The notes: generated by a model from the letters alone, not told the origin. Numbered from the stretch's first letter, positions 17,160-26,558 are shown. The stretch: 40,021 nt of DNA from a virus (IMGVR_UViG_3300032212_000055:1-40021); one strand, 5' to 3'. Numbers and translations: made by a program.

Positions 17160-20014
17160 TGAGATATGCCGACTATGCCAATGCCTACAAAGAGCTTTAC
17201 CCGGACGCTGACAAAGACGAAATAAGCGAAGGTTACAAGCTGGCAAACGAAGACGTATCGCCTATGGCCTTAACCGGCAAAGGGCTGCAGGCCGGTTATC
17301 ATAATATGCTGGGGTCCTTTGGTTCCCTGGGTGAAATGGTCGGACTTGATACTGGCGACTTTGCTCAAGAGCAATACAAACAAGCTGAACAATTCCAACT
17401 CCCTGAACATCTACGCGGTTCAATCGTTGATAATCCTGACCTACTATCGAGCCCTCAATGGTGGGGGCATTCTCTGGGTCAAATAGCACCTAGCCTGGCA
17501 ACCTCATTGGTTCCCGGTGGCGTTGTCGCTAAAGGCGCGAGTATGCTGCCTAAATTAGCCCCGTATGCGGCGGCTTTGGGTTCGGGTACATCAGCATTCA
17601 CCGGTGGTGCCATCGAGGCAGGTGGTTTCTATAACGAGACAAAAGACCCTGCCTTATCCACGCTGTATGGCGCGGGTGTTGCGGGTATGTCCTATCTCCC
17701 ATTCTCAGCCATGTTAGGTGGCGGCAAGTTCAAATCATTGCCAGGGCGCATGCTAGCCGCTGGTGGTGGTGAAGCCGTACAGGAATGGGCAGAAGAGCCC
17801 TACGGTGCCATGCTCAAGGGTGAGGACATCATGCAGGCGGCTAAAGAGGGTGTGAACGTCATGCCAGCCTCATTTGTTGCCGGTATGTTAGGCGCTGGCG
17901 GTGTGAAAGCTACCGGTAAAGCCATCAAAGCCACGCAGAAATCCTTTAAAGAAGCGGCTGACTATTACCAGGAAACCGGTACTCTGCCCACAGGCATGAT
18001 GGTCGCGGGCGTGAAAGCTGGTACAGCTGATATGACCACGCTGGAAGAGGCGCAGAAACAGGTCGAGTCCGGTAAGGAAATGAACGAGGTATTCAAGGAT
18101 ACCGGCTGGTATCTGGGACCTGATGGCGAATGGCGTTTCGAGATCAATGATCAAGAGGCTGAAGTCTATCAACACGTCTTTAACCAGATCAATGCGGGCA
18201 TTGTCGATACCTCTGAGGGTATCCCGCTAGGCCAAATATTAGAGCATGAGAAACTGTTTAACGCCTATCCTGAACTGTCTGGGTACGAGGTCTTTGTCGA
18301 GTCTGACAAGGCTGCTGGCGGCTCATTCAATCCTGAAACAAAACAAATCAATATTTACAGTAAAGGCCGGGCTAAAAAAGACCAGTTTAAATCAACGCTG
18401 CTGCACGAAATCCAGCACGGCATCCAGACTGTTGAGAACTTTGCACGGGGCGGTAGCTCGGCAGAATTTAAAAACCAAGTGCGGAAAGAGGTGAATCAGG
18501 CTGACGAAGTTATCTCTAAATTAAATCTCGAAATGCACAAAAACGTGCAGGCTGCTGACAAAATCAAAGCCGACAGATCGGCTGCCTGGAGTGACCCGGA
18601 AAAGGTAAAACTCTACGATGAAATGCTGGATAATCTCAGTAAACGCTATCGACAGCTTATGGATCGGCGCAGCGAATTTATAGAAACAGCGCAGCAGGAC
18701 GTGTACGAAGAGCCATTTAAAAGATATCAAAACCTTGCCGGTGAAATCGAAGCCCGTGACACTGAGGCTCGTATGAACCTCACCGATGAACAGCGACGCA
18801 CCACCGAGCCTCAGCTGCTCAAAGATGCTGATAAGGCGATTATTAAACGTCAGGCATTTAAAGAAGCTGAATCACGCACAGGCGACAGTAATTTTGCAAA
18901 CTGGTTTGGTGATTCTAAAGTGGTTGATGAGGCAGGGGCGCCACAAATCATGTATCACGGCACCACGCACGACTTTGACACCTTCTCGCCAGAGAAAGGC
19001 AACCCGGAAAATGATTTCGGCGTCGGTTATTACTTCACCAATACGCCAGAAGATGTATCAGAGAACTATGCTGGCGAAGGCCCTGATTTAACGTCTCGCA
19101 TTCAGCGTCATGCCGAATTACTGCATAACGAGTTCTATGACCAGCCAGATGCGCCGATGTGGGACAGGGTCGATGAGCTTCTCGGTACAAGAGACATGAC
19201 GACGGTCTCATCAGAAGACTATGACACCGCTCTTGAGCAAATAGCGAGAGAGGAGCTATCTGGGGGTCAGCCCAACGTCATGCCTGTTTATGTCAGCCTG
19301 AAAAACCCGGCCATACTTGGTGGTCAGAACGAGACCATTATCGAGGGTAATGAATACACCGAAGATGGCGACATCAATGAAAGCGAAGACTTTGAAAATC
19401 TTTATGAGGCCATTCAGGACGCAGCCAATCTGTTTGACGATACCGACGCGCAGACGCTCTGGGAAGACGTGTCTATGGCTATCGCAGAGGGCGAGGATAT
19501 CTCACTAGCCGATGTGGTCAGCGCGATAAAAGAATCAGAGGGCGCTATGTATGCAGCCGACCCAGCGGGCGACCTGGCGTCTGGTGAGCTTATAAGAAAG
19601 GTCCTAGAATATATGGGCTACGACGGCATTATCGACAACACGGTTAACGAGAAATTCGGCACTGGTCGAGTAATGGGTCAAAGTATGGCGGGCGTTGATT
19701 ACGACACCCAGCACGTTATTGCTTTCAAACCCGAACAAATCAAATCAGCCATCGGTAATAAAGGCACCTTCGACCCCAATAACCCGAATATCATGGAGTC
19801 GCGTGAGGTTCCACGTGGAACCGACGGCATCGAGTCCCGCAATGGCGACCTGCTGTATAAAAACGTCCCTCTCAAATCATTACAGATAGACCGTATCGCC
19901 ATCGATGAGAACGGTCAGCAGTCTGTCGTTAAAGAACAGGCTGATATCGCACTCAAAGAGATTGACGATCACATTGAGACCGTCAGGAAGGTGATAGAGT
20001 GCCAAAATTCATAG
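17159..20014 (+). CDS. Polyvalent ejection protein: Gly/Ala-rich hydrophobic N-region, LPD23-like/zincin metallopeptidase and ADP-ribosyltransferase-like (ART-PolyVal) domains
   Basis: TGWYLGPDGEWRFEI; LLHEIQHGIQ (HExxH) and Y..LAGEIEAR; F.NWFGDSKVVD..G.P..MYHGT, G.YFT, GYDGII, AFKPEQIKSAIGN.GTFD. Confidence 0.8.
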   Translation: MRYADYANAYKELYPDADKDEISEGYKLANEDVSPMALTGKGLQAGYHNMLGSFGSLGEMVGLDTGDFAQEQYKQAEQFQLPEHLRGSIVDNPDLLSSPQWWGHSLGQIAPSLATSLVPGGVVAKGASMLPKLAPYAAALGSGTSAFTGGAIEAGGFYNETKDPALSTLYGAGVAGMSYLPFSAMLGGGKFKSLPGRMLAAGGGEAVQEWAEEPYGAMLKGEDIMQAAKEGVNVMPASFVAGMLGAGGVKATGKAIKATQKSFKEAADYYQETGTLPTGMMVAGVKAGTADMTTLEEAQKQVESGKEMNEVFKDTGWYLGPDGEWRFEINDQEAEVYQHVFNQINAGIVDTSEGIPLGQILEHEKLFNAYPELSGYEVFVESDKAAGGSFNPETKQINIYSKGRAKKDQFKSTLLHEIQHGIQTVENFARGGSSAEFKNQVRKEVNQADEVISKLNLEMHKNVQAADKIKADRSAAWSDPEKVKLYDEMLDNLSKRYRQLMDRRSEFIETAQQDVYEEPFKRYQNLAGEIEARDTEARMNLTDEQRRTTEPQLLKDADKAIIKRQAFKEAESRTGDSNFANWFGDSKVVDEAGAPQIMYHGTTHDFDTFSPEKGNPENDFGVGYYFTNTPEDVSENYAGEGPDLTSRIQRHAELLHNEFYDQPDAPMWDRVDELLGTRDMTTVSSEDYDTALEQIAREELSGGQPNVMPVYVSLKNPAILGGQNETIIEGNEYTEDGDINESEDFENLYEAIQDAANLFDDTDAQTLWEDVSMAIAEGEDISLADVVSAIKESEGAMYAADPAGDLASGELIRKVLEYMGYDGIIDNTVNEKFGTGRVMGQSMAGVDYDTQHVIAFKPEQIKSAIGNKGTFDPNNPNIMESREVPRGTDGIESRNGDLLYKNVPLKSLQIDRIAIDENGQQSVVKEQADIALKEIDDHIETVRKVIECQNS

Positions 20015-20328
20015 AAAAGCCTAAGCCTAAACCCTTCGACCAGGCCAGAGCCCATCAGGACGTGCAGCAGGCTATCGATTTACTGTCGAGTAAGCTGAAT
20101 AATACCGATGTAAAGCAGGATATTCAGCGACTGAGCGAAATCCTGTCACAATTGATTGACCTGATAGGCTCTCAGGACACCATTAGCCCAGTGCTGAATG
20201 AGTTGAACACTACTAAGACGTCATTACTTGAGGCTGTTGAAAGACTGCAGCAGCCTGAAGAATGGCATTTTGATATTGAACGAAACGAAAATAACCGCCT
20301 GACCGGTGTTAAAGCGAGAAAATTATGA
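19999..20328 (+). CDS. Hypothetical protein (coiled coil plus W.F.I.R C-terminal motif)
   Basis: 109 aa ORF with GTG start, coupled to neighbours. Confidence 0.65.
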   Translation: MPKFIEKPKPKPFDQARAHQDVQQAIDLLSSKLNNTDVKQDIQRLSEILSQLIDLIGSQDTISPVLNELNTTKTSLLEAVERLQQPEEWHFDIERNENNRLTGVKARKL

Positions 20329-21632
20329 GCAATAACGTAAAGGTTCAAGATGCCGAATCAGGTCACCGTGTCCCGGTAAAAACTCGTGTGGTCGATGGGG
20401 TGCATATCCCTGTTTATGACTTCAATACGGACTCGGCTAACTTCGATGCCTTTGACCGGTTACGCGTCTCGAATCCTGAAACCCTGTTCGATTCAAAGCT
20501 GATACATAACAACGGTGCTCAGTTTTATGATGACCAGGAAGTCTCAGGCGGTGGTATGTCTTCAACATGGAGTCAAGATACCGCCTCAGTGGTCATGGGC
20601 GTTAGTGATAGCACGGCGGGTAATCGTACTCGTCAATCCTTTATGTGTTTTAACTACCAGCCTGGTAAGTCTCAGCTCATTCTATGCACTGGCACTCTGC
20701 AGAAATCGGGTGGCGGTGCTGGTATTACTCGCGGCTTTGGTTATGTGCATAACAATAACGGCCTTTACCTGCACGATAATGAAGGCACAATACAGCTGGT
20801 TAAGCGCTCTTATGCTACTGGTGCTGCTGTTAATACAGCGATAGATCAGGCTGACTGGAACATCGACACGATGGATGGTAACGGCGACTCAGGCATCGAG
20901 CTAGATTTCACTAAATCCCAGATACTCATCATTGACTTTGAGTGGCTGGGGGTGGGTCGCGTGCGCATGGGCTTTGTCATTGACGGGGTGCTGATTTACG
21001 CCCATCAATTCGTGCATGCAAACAACCTGGAAGGGGTGTATATGTCGACCCCTAACCTACCCATCAGATACTGGATAGATAACGATGGGACCGGCGGGGC
21101 GGCTGAGATAGAGCATATCTGCAGCTCTGTGATGTCTGAGGGGGGTACGGTCGATTTGGGTGTCCCTCATACAGAAACCACGGGCGTCGCCTTCGTTAAC
21201 GCGAATACAGCAGGCACGGTCTATGCCGTTTATGGCATACGACTACGCTCAGCGAATCTCGATTCAACGGTCAAGATACAGAACGTGCATGCGATGGTAT
21301 TAACCTCAGATGATTATTACTGGGAGTTAAGACTTAACCCTACGGTAGCCAATGCACCGACATTTGCAGACCATGACGCGACATCAGTCATACAGGTAGC
21401 CACAGGCGACACGGTCAACAACCCATCAAATACCACCGTTACGGGTGGTCATGTTATTGATGCCGGTTATGTAAAGGGCGGTAATACTGTCGGTTCTATT
21501 TCAGAAATTACGCGAAGTCAGTTAAGGCTGGGCTCTGCAATTGATGGCACGCCCGACGAGATATGGCTTGTCGTCACCCCTATAACGGCGAATGCTGATG
21601 TTTTGGGCGGCATTTCGTGGCTTGAGTTATGA
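20325..21632 (+). CDS. Conserved phage beta-rich virion-associated protein
   Basis: DAFDRLRVSNP.TLFDS, RQS...YQPGK, IDFEWLGVGRVRMGF, NLPIRY motifs recurrent in phage structural regions. Confidence 0.65.
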   Translation: MSNNVKVQDAESGHRVPVKTRVVDGVHIPVYDFNTDSANFDAFDRLRVSNPETLFDSKLIHNNGAQFYDDQEVSGGGMSSTWSQDTASVVMGVSDSTAGNRTRQSFMCFNYQPGKSQLILCTGTLQKSGGGAGITRGFGYVHNNNGLYLHDNEGTIQLVKRSYATGAAVNTAIDQADWNIDTMDGNGDSGIELDFTKSQILIIDFEWLGVGRVRMGFVIDGVLIYAHQFVHANNLEGVYMSTPNLPIRYWIDNDGTGGAAEIEHICSSVMSEGGTVDLGVPHTETTGVAFVNANTAGTVYAVYGIRLRSANLDSTVKIQNVHAMVLTSDDYYWELRLNPTVANAPTFADHDATSVIQVATGDTVNNPSNTTVTGGHVIDAGYVKGGNTVGSISEITRSQLRLGSAIDGTPDEIWLVVTPITANADVLGGISWLEL

Positions 21633-21847
21633 GCATTAACGCGCCATTGACGGTCGATTCACAGATGGGGCCGGGCTGGTTCCTGTTATTTCGTTCTGTG
21701 CAGGCTGATACTCGATCCGATGGCAATACCGGCGGGGGCGTGGCAGATTTTAAGCAGCAATTTATCGAGCAAGAATTGATCGACGAAGATACAATGATAC
21801 TGAACGTGATTAAACAGTTTCTAGGTAAGCGTCATGAATCTAACTAA
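21629..21847 (+). CDS. Hypothetical small protein
   Basis: 72 aa ORF overlapping both neighbours. Confidence 0.55.
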   Translation: MSINAPLTVDSQMGPGWFLLFRSVQADTRSDGNTGGGVADFKQQFIEQELIDEDTMILNVIKQFLGKRHESN

Positions 21848-24227
21848 GTGCTTTAAAAAACTCGGTATCTCTGGCGCTGAGGCTGATCATATCAGGACTA
21901 TCGCGCAGGAATACCGTGACGATGGTATGAGCGCAGCCGACGCCAACAAAGAGGCTTTACAGGATTACCTGGAAGACCTGCATAACGAGCGTGATAACGT
22001 GGTCCAGCAGGTTCACAGCAAGCTAGGACCCCCACCACAGCCAGCCATAACTCCTGAACGGGTCGCTGAGGTCGGTGGTGAGCAGGCAGGCTTTGAAGCT
22101 AAGCGCGGTGTGATTAACTGGCAGGAAACCGAGAAGCTGGCTGAAAAATTAGGCTTAACCCCGGATCACCTCAAAAGACTGATTGATCGAGAAGCTGGCA
22201 AAACCTTTAATGTCGAAGAGCTTGAGGGCGCCGCCAGAGCGGTCGATGAAACGTACCAGCGCACGCATGAGCAGATGGTTCAATTAGCCCAGAAGATCGA
22301 GCAGGGTCGTATTACCGACGAAGAACTGGCAGCGGCGGCTGAGGCCTTTGTGCAGACAGCCAATATCGGTGCGCAGTGGACCGGGGTTTCAGGTGAGGCT
22401 GGTCGAGCCCTGCAAATCCTGAGAAAGCATCAAGACACCAAATCAAAAGCTGAGGTACTGAGAGACCTGGCAGAAGGTCAGGGCGGCATGGATATGCTCA
22501 AAGCCAAGATCATTGCTTTCTCGCGTGCTGGCAGTCCGACTGCAGCTGCCCAGGTGGCTCGTGACACCATGAAGGTGACGAAGTGGGACAAGTTCATGGA
22601 GTATTACTATTTCAGCTTGCTCTCTGGCGTACCGACCCATGTGGTGAACGTAGTTTCTACCGGGTTCCAGGGACTGGTGCAGGAAATTGATAATTTTATT
22701 GCTGCAGGTATCGGTAAAATTACCGGGTCTCAGGATCGAATCACCTTTAACGAAGTTAAGGCCCGGCTGGGTGCTGTCGGTACCGGCGCAAACCTGGGCA
22801 TACGAGAGGCGGTGCGCGTCTTCAAAGATTTTGAGGGTGAAGGTTTCGAAGAGTTCGGACCCACGAAAATAGATTACCCACAGAAACGGGCGATCAAAGG
22901 CACGAAGGGCAAGGTGTTCCGCTTCCCCATGCGCATGCTCTCGACAGAGGACACATTCTGGAAGGCGATGCTCTACAACATGGGTATAGCGCAGTTTGCT
23001 GAGGTCGAGGCCAAGCGTACCGGTAAACCGGCGCAGTTCTTTATCGATAACCCCACCGACATGATGAAAGAGCAGGCCTGGAAACAGGCCAAGCAAGGTA
23101 CTTTCACCGAAGAGGCGGGCGATATCGGTAAGGCTATCAAGCAGCTTCGAAAAAATGTGCCGATATTTAATCTGGTTTTTCCGTTTGTGCAGACCCCTGG
23201 CAACATTCTTAAGGTAGCATTAAAGCATTCGTTTATGGCGCCGATATTCAAAGATGTCCGGGCAGATTTTGAAGCCGGTGGGCGTCGTCGTGATTTGGCG
23301 CTGGCTAAAATTGGTGTCGGTTCTGCGATTGGCTTAACCGGGTTTGCATTAGCAGCCGCCGGTAAGATTGTCGGACAACCCCCAGAAGATGCGAATGAGC
23401 GTCGCCTGTGGTATCGACAGGGCAAGCAGCCGAACTCTATCAAAGTAGGTGATCAGTGGGTCTCATTCAGCCGTATTGAGCCGCTGGGCATGCTGTTAGG
23501 TATCTTTGCTGATGCTCATCAGTTTGCAGATCGATTCACTGTCGATGAGGCTGGTGAGATGTGGTCTATGGTCATGGGTTCGATTGCTTCGAATCTGACC
23601 AGTAAAACCTACCTGCGCGGCCTGACCGATGTCATTAACGTCATTCAAGAGCCTGAGCGCTACGGTGAGCGCTATATCCATAACTTCCTATCTACCCTGG
23701 CAGTTCCTGTCGGTGTGTCGTACATGGCGAAAGCCTACGACGATAAACTCAGACAGGCTGAGACCATTGTCGATGCTGTGAAGCGTCGCGTCCCTGGTTT
23801 ATCTGAAACACTGCCAGAGCGGCTAGATATTTTCGGTGATACCGTCAAATCCGAAGGCACCCCGGTTTATCGTTTCTTTAGCCCGGCCTATTTGAAAACA
23901 TCGCGCAATGATCAGGTTGCTAATGAGTTGCTGGCCTATGATGTTTCGTTCCCGGCTATCGGTAAAAGTTTCCGAGGTGTTGAGCTGACCCCTGAGCAGC
24001 GTAATTCCCTGGTAGAACTGACCGGTAAGCCGGCCTATCAGATTCTACAGAAAGTCATTCAGTCATCGGGCTATCAACAGCTGCCCGGTATTTTGAAACA
24101 GCGCGTGCTTGAGAAAGTCATTCGTGATGTCAGGGCTGATGCCAGAGAATACTGGGTGCACCAATACCCGGATTTAATGCGGGCAATTCATAACCTAAAA
24201 CTTCAAAAATACGGGGCGGTATCATGA
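21834..24227 (+). CDS. Large internal virion/ejection protein (LPD38-like C-terminus)
   Basis: 797 aa; SLLSG.PTH.VN, PFVQTP.NI, W...G.QP.S..GD.W.S.SRIEP.G, KTYL.GL, LP.R.D.FG motifs. Confidence 0.75.
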   Translation: MNLTKCFKKLGISGAEADHIRTIAQEYRDDGMSAADANKEALQDYLEDLHNERDNVVQQVHSKLGPPPQPAITPERVAEVGGEQAGFEAKRGVINWQETEKLAEKLGLTPDHLKRLIDREAGKTFNVEELEGAARAVDETYQRTHEQMVQLAQKIEQGRITDEELAAAAEAFVQTANIGAQWTGVSGEAGRALQILRKHQDTKSKAEVLRDLAEGQGGMDMLKAKIIAFSRAGSPTAAAQVARDTMKVTKWDKFMEYYYFSLLSGVPTHVVNVVSTGFQGLVQEIDNFIAAGIGKITGSQDRITFNEVKARLGAVGTGANLGIREAVRVFKDFEGEGFEEFGPTKIDYPQKRAIKGTKGKVFRFPMRMLSTEDTFWKAMLYNMGIAQFAEVEAKRTGKPAQFFIDNPTDMMKEQAWKQAKQGTFTEEAGDIGKAIKQLRKNVPIFNLVFPFVQTPGNILKVALKHSFMAPIFKDVRADFEAGGRRRDLALAKIGVGSAIGLTGFALAAAGKIVGQPPEDANERRLWYRQGKQPNSIKVGDQWVSFSRIEPLGMLLGIFADAHQFADRFTVDEAGEMWSMVMGSIASNLTSKTYLRGLTDVINVIQEPERYGERYIHNFLSTLAVPVGVSYMAKAYDDKLRQAETIVDAVKRRVPGLSETLPERLDIFGDTVKSEGTPVYRFFSPAYLKTSRNDQVANELLAYDVSFPAIGKSFRGVELTPEQRNSLVELTGKPAYQILQKVIQSSGYQQLPGILKQRVLEKVIRDVRADAREYWVHQYPDLMRAIHNLKLQKYGAVS

Positions 24228-24499
24228 GTGATGACGGCAATATTCCAGTTAAAGATAAATTAGCAGAGAACGGTATTAAGTGGGGCAATATCATGACAGC
24301 CATCATTATTGGCCTGATGTCCTGGGTCGCTTTCAACATCAACCACATTAAGGACTTAGTGGCAGACGCACTAAAAAATATTGCTATCATCAAGGTCGAA
24401 AACGGACACACGAGAGAAGACGTGAGAGACCTAAAGAGCTGGGCGAAAGAGCACGAAGAGGCGCATAAGGAAATGATTTCATATAAAGAAAAAAAATAG
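24224..24499 (+). CDS. Single-TM plus coiled-coil protein; holin-like candidate
   Basis: Hydrophobic IMTAIIIGLMSWVAF followed by a charged coiled coil; last gene of the late operon. Confidence 0.45.
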   Translation: MSDDGNIPVKDKLAENGIKWGNIMTAIIIGLMSWVAFNINHIKDLVADALKNIAIIKVENGHTREDVRDLKSWAKEHEEAHKEMISYKEKK

Positions 24500-24623
24500 C
24501 CTCTCCCATTTAAGGAAATAAACCAAGGTTATGAGGTAGGCCGCTAGGTAGATAATAACGACTAGTTTCTGGCAGTCGGTCACACCTCACCTATTAATTA
24601 ATAGCCTGGTATCTGGCTAGGGG

Positions 24624-24833
24624 TTAATCATCACTATTTTTTGTTCCTATATGCCAATCATGAAAGTCGCAATTATCTGCCGATGTTAAATAGCCAGCCT
24701 CGCAGTTTCCCTGTATTTCTCCACATGGCGCGAGGTCATCGTATTTGCAAGCGCATTCTCCTGCCTGAAATAATCCGTCATACCCGTTATCTTTTAAATA
24801 ATTGCTCACGATTACAATTACATCTATACTCAT
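24624..24833 (-). CDS. Hypothetical Cys-rich protein
   Basis: 69 aa; YL..NGYDGL....ECAC..DDL.PC motif; RBS upstream. Confidence 0.7.
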   Translation of the reverse strand: MSIDVIVIVSNYLKDNGYDGLFQAGECACKYDDLAPCGEIQGNCEAGYLTSADNCDFHDWHIGTKNSDD

Positions 24834-24860
24834 ATCATCATTCCTTTCCGCTATGCGGGG

Positions 24861-25055
24861 TTAGTCTTTACTTCTAATCTGTTTCAGTATTTCATAATAG
24901 CATTTAAAACAGCAATCAAATGACCCGCCATCACCGGGGCCGACTGCGTGGCCAGCATAATCTAAACCGTCAGAAGTCATTTTAATTTTGCAATTACTTT
25001 TATCGTTTGTTATCTCTTTTCCGCAACTATCACAATAATAGGTAACTACTGACTG
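24861..25055 (-). pseudogene. Zn-finger-like ORF remnant lacking a start codon
   Basis: Open frame QSVVTYYCDSCGKEI...DCCFKCYYEILKQIRSKD* is bounded upstream by an in-frame TGA; first ATG (24980) lies after the first CxxC. Confidence 0.4.
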
Positions 25056-25059
25056 TCAA
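25032..25059 (-). promoter_or_regulatory. Putative leftward promoter
   Basis: Minus strand TTGACA-N16-TATTGT. Confidence 0.45.
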
Positions 25060-25163
25060 CTATTTTGAATTAAAAATCCCCCTCGGCTATTAGGGTTTGG
25101 GGATATGGGGTGCCGAGAGGGTGACAAAACCGGTCATTAGGGTAACCGGCTAAAGCAAGAGAA

Positions 25164-25472
25164 CTAATTATAAAACTTTTGTATTCGCTTAGGTAACTTT
25201 TCTTTTTTCCGTCTGCCACCCAGGGGGATTAACAGATCACCGTTTTCGAGATCAATCAGCACATTCATGACACGAAAAAAAGCTTTCACATGCGGGTTTT
25301 TCACATTGTTCGAGCCGCTTTCTTTCATCAGGTAGATAATCCACTCTTTCGGGACCTCAGCCTTAACAGCGATAAAAGGCCAGTTGCCCTTGTAGTCCTG
25401 CAGGCGTTTTTTGGTCCAGGCGAATAAATCCATTTTCTTGTAGAGCTTTTTATGGGGTTTCGTTTCAATCAT
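25164..25472 (-). CDS. Cro/CI-like HTH transcriptional regulator
   Basis: KGNWPFIAVKAEVP..WI......NP.V..F..V pattern of XRE-type HTH; divergent from the early operon; no peptidase domain. Confidence 0.55.
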   Translation of the reverse strand: MIETKPHKKLYKKMDLFAWTKKRLQDYKGNWPFIAVKAEVPKEWIIYLMKESGSNNVKNPHVKAFFRVMNVLIDLENGDLLIPLGGRRKKEKLPKRIQKFYN

Positions 25473-25543
25473 GGTTTTATCTAATATCGTGAATGTAACC
25501 TGATACTAATCAATAAATAGTGACTTAACAATATATTTATCAT

Positions 25544-25575
25544 AAAAAAGCCCCTAATCTTTCGAAAAGGGGCTT
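25544..25575 (-). terminator. Leftward intrinsic terminator
   Basis: AAGCCCCT/AGGGGCTT inverted repeat with a flanking A-run on + (U-run on -). Confidence 0.65.
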
Positions 25576-25602
25576 GACCACAAATAACAACAAGCGTATT
25601 TT
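25574..25602 (+). promoter_or_regulatory. Putative rightward early promoter
   Basis: TTGACC-N17-TATTTT. Confidence 0.5.
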
Positions 25603-25608
25603 ATTTGC

Positions 25609-25965
25609 ATCGGCACTGGTACTGACCATACCAAATTGCTGAACAGTTAAAGACAGGTAACGATTCAACACGGCCTAACGCCATTATAAGTTAAATCAAA
25701 ATTCTTGCAAAACTGTTTCGCTGCCGGTCCGAAAGCAGATGCGGTATATCTGTGCGGGCGGTAAGTTAGGGAAGAAAAAAACCCTAAATTCGAGGACACG
25801 CACTCGCATACGCCCCCAATACAGGACCAGGACACTTGGGACCCCCTCGCTATGGGATACGCACCTGGCATAGGAAGCTGTACACAAGGATATAGTGAAT
25901 AGTTTAAGCGAATAGCTAGTAAGAAATTTTTATTTTCTTCGTTGTTCGTGTTCGTCTACAAAAAA
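25609..25965 (+). ncRNA. Candidate long structured leader/pre-primer RNA or origin region
   Basis: No convincing ORF; stems at 25611-25641, 25713-25738, 25736-25752, 25766-25787, 25791-25806 and 25827-25868. Confidence 0.4.
25683..25710 (-). promoter_or_regulatory. Putative leftward (antisense) promoter
   Basis: Minus strand TTGCAA-N16-TATAAT (perfect -10). Confidence 0.6.
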
Positions 25966-25975
25966 GGAGATAGAT

Positions 25976-26299
25976 ATGGGAGTTAAACATTATTACGCAG
26001 TAAAGCGAGGACACAAATTAGGTATTTTTGAGTCCTGGGAAGAGTGCCAAGAAGCTGTTGAGGGTTATTCTGGTGCTGTTTATAAAGGTTTCAAATGGCG
26101 TGAGGATGCCGTGGCATTTCTGGCTAAAAAGATGCCTAACTGGGCTGGTCGCCATAAAAAACCAGTTAAGCCTAAAGCCACCAACAATGATGGTAAATTC
26201 AAATATGCCAGCATGAGGCACGGTAAAGTCTATAAAACAACCTATGCAACAGACCCCAACTTTGAACCATACAGCGGTGATTTGCCGCCGTGGAATTAA
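25976..26299 (+). CDS. Stand-alone RNase H1 N-terminal hybrid-binding (caulimovirus viroplasmin-like) domain protein
   Basis: YYAVKRG...GIF.SWEEC...V.GYSGA.YKGF....A..FL; no RNase H catalytic domain; basic tail ending PPWN; RBS AGGAG. Confidence 0.85.
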   Translation: MGVKHYYAVKRGHKLGIFESWEECQEAVEGYSGAVYKGFKWREDAVAFLAKKMPNWAGRHKKPVKPKATNNDGKFKYASMRHGKVYKTTYATDPNFEPYSGDLPPWN

Positions 26300-26319
26300 C
26301 TTAAATTGAGGATAAAGAG

Positions 26320-26541
26320 ATGGCAAAAGAGCTGAGAAAAGTTGTTTTATATAAATATGAAAGAGTGAAATTTTCTAATCGTTATGAAAAAGTGCCTGAT
26401 GGTCATGGCTTGTTTCATGGCTTTGGTGTTGATTACGAAGAACTAGAAAACGGTGTCGGAAATTACACCACGGCTATTGTTGAGATACCGTCAGGTGAAA
26501 TTAAAAACGTGCCTGTTGAGCTGGTGATATTTAATAATTAA
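26320..26541 (+). CDS. Conserved phage hypothetical protein
   Basis: G.FH.FG.DYEE...G.GNYT.AIVE...G.I motif; RBS GAGG. Confidence 0.75.
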   Translation: MAKELRKVVLYKYERVKFSNRYEKVPDGHGLFHGFGVDYEELENGVGNYTTAIVEIPSGEIKNVPVELVIFNN

Positions 26542-26558
26542 TTTCTTAGGGATCAACT

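Larger units (their letters stand above)
25544..25676 (-). ncRNA. Candidate ~130-nt antisense RNA
   Basis: Bounded by the leftward promoter at 25683-25710 and the terminator at 25544-25575; covers stem-loop 25611-25641. Confidence 0.45.

Noticed and set aside
22443-23443. Long minus-strand ORFs (217 and 156 aa)
   Set aside because: Antisense shadows of the 797-aa virion gene; no RBS or motifs
25665-25887. Short minus-strand ORFs in the structured region
   Set aside because: No RBS or motifs; the region is better explained as non-coding
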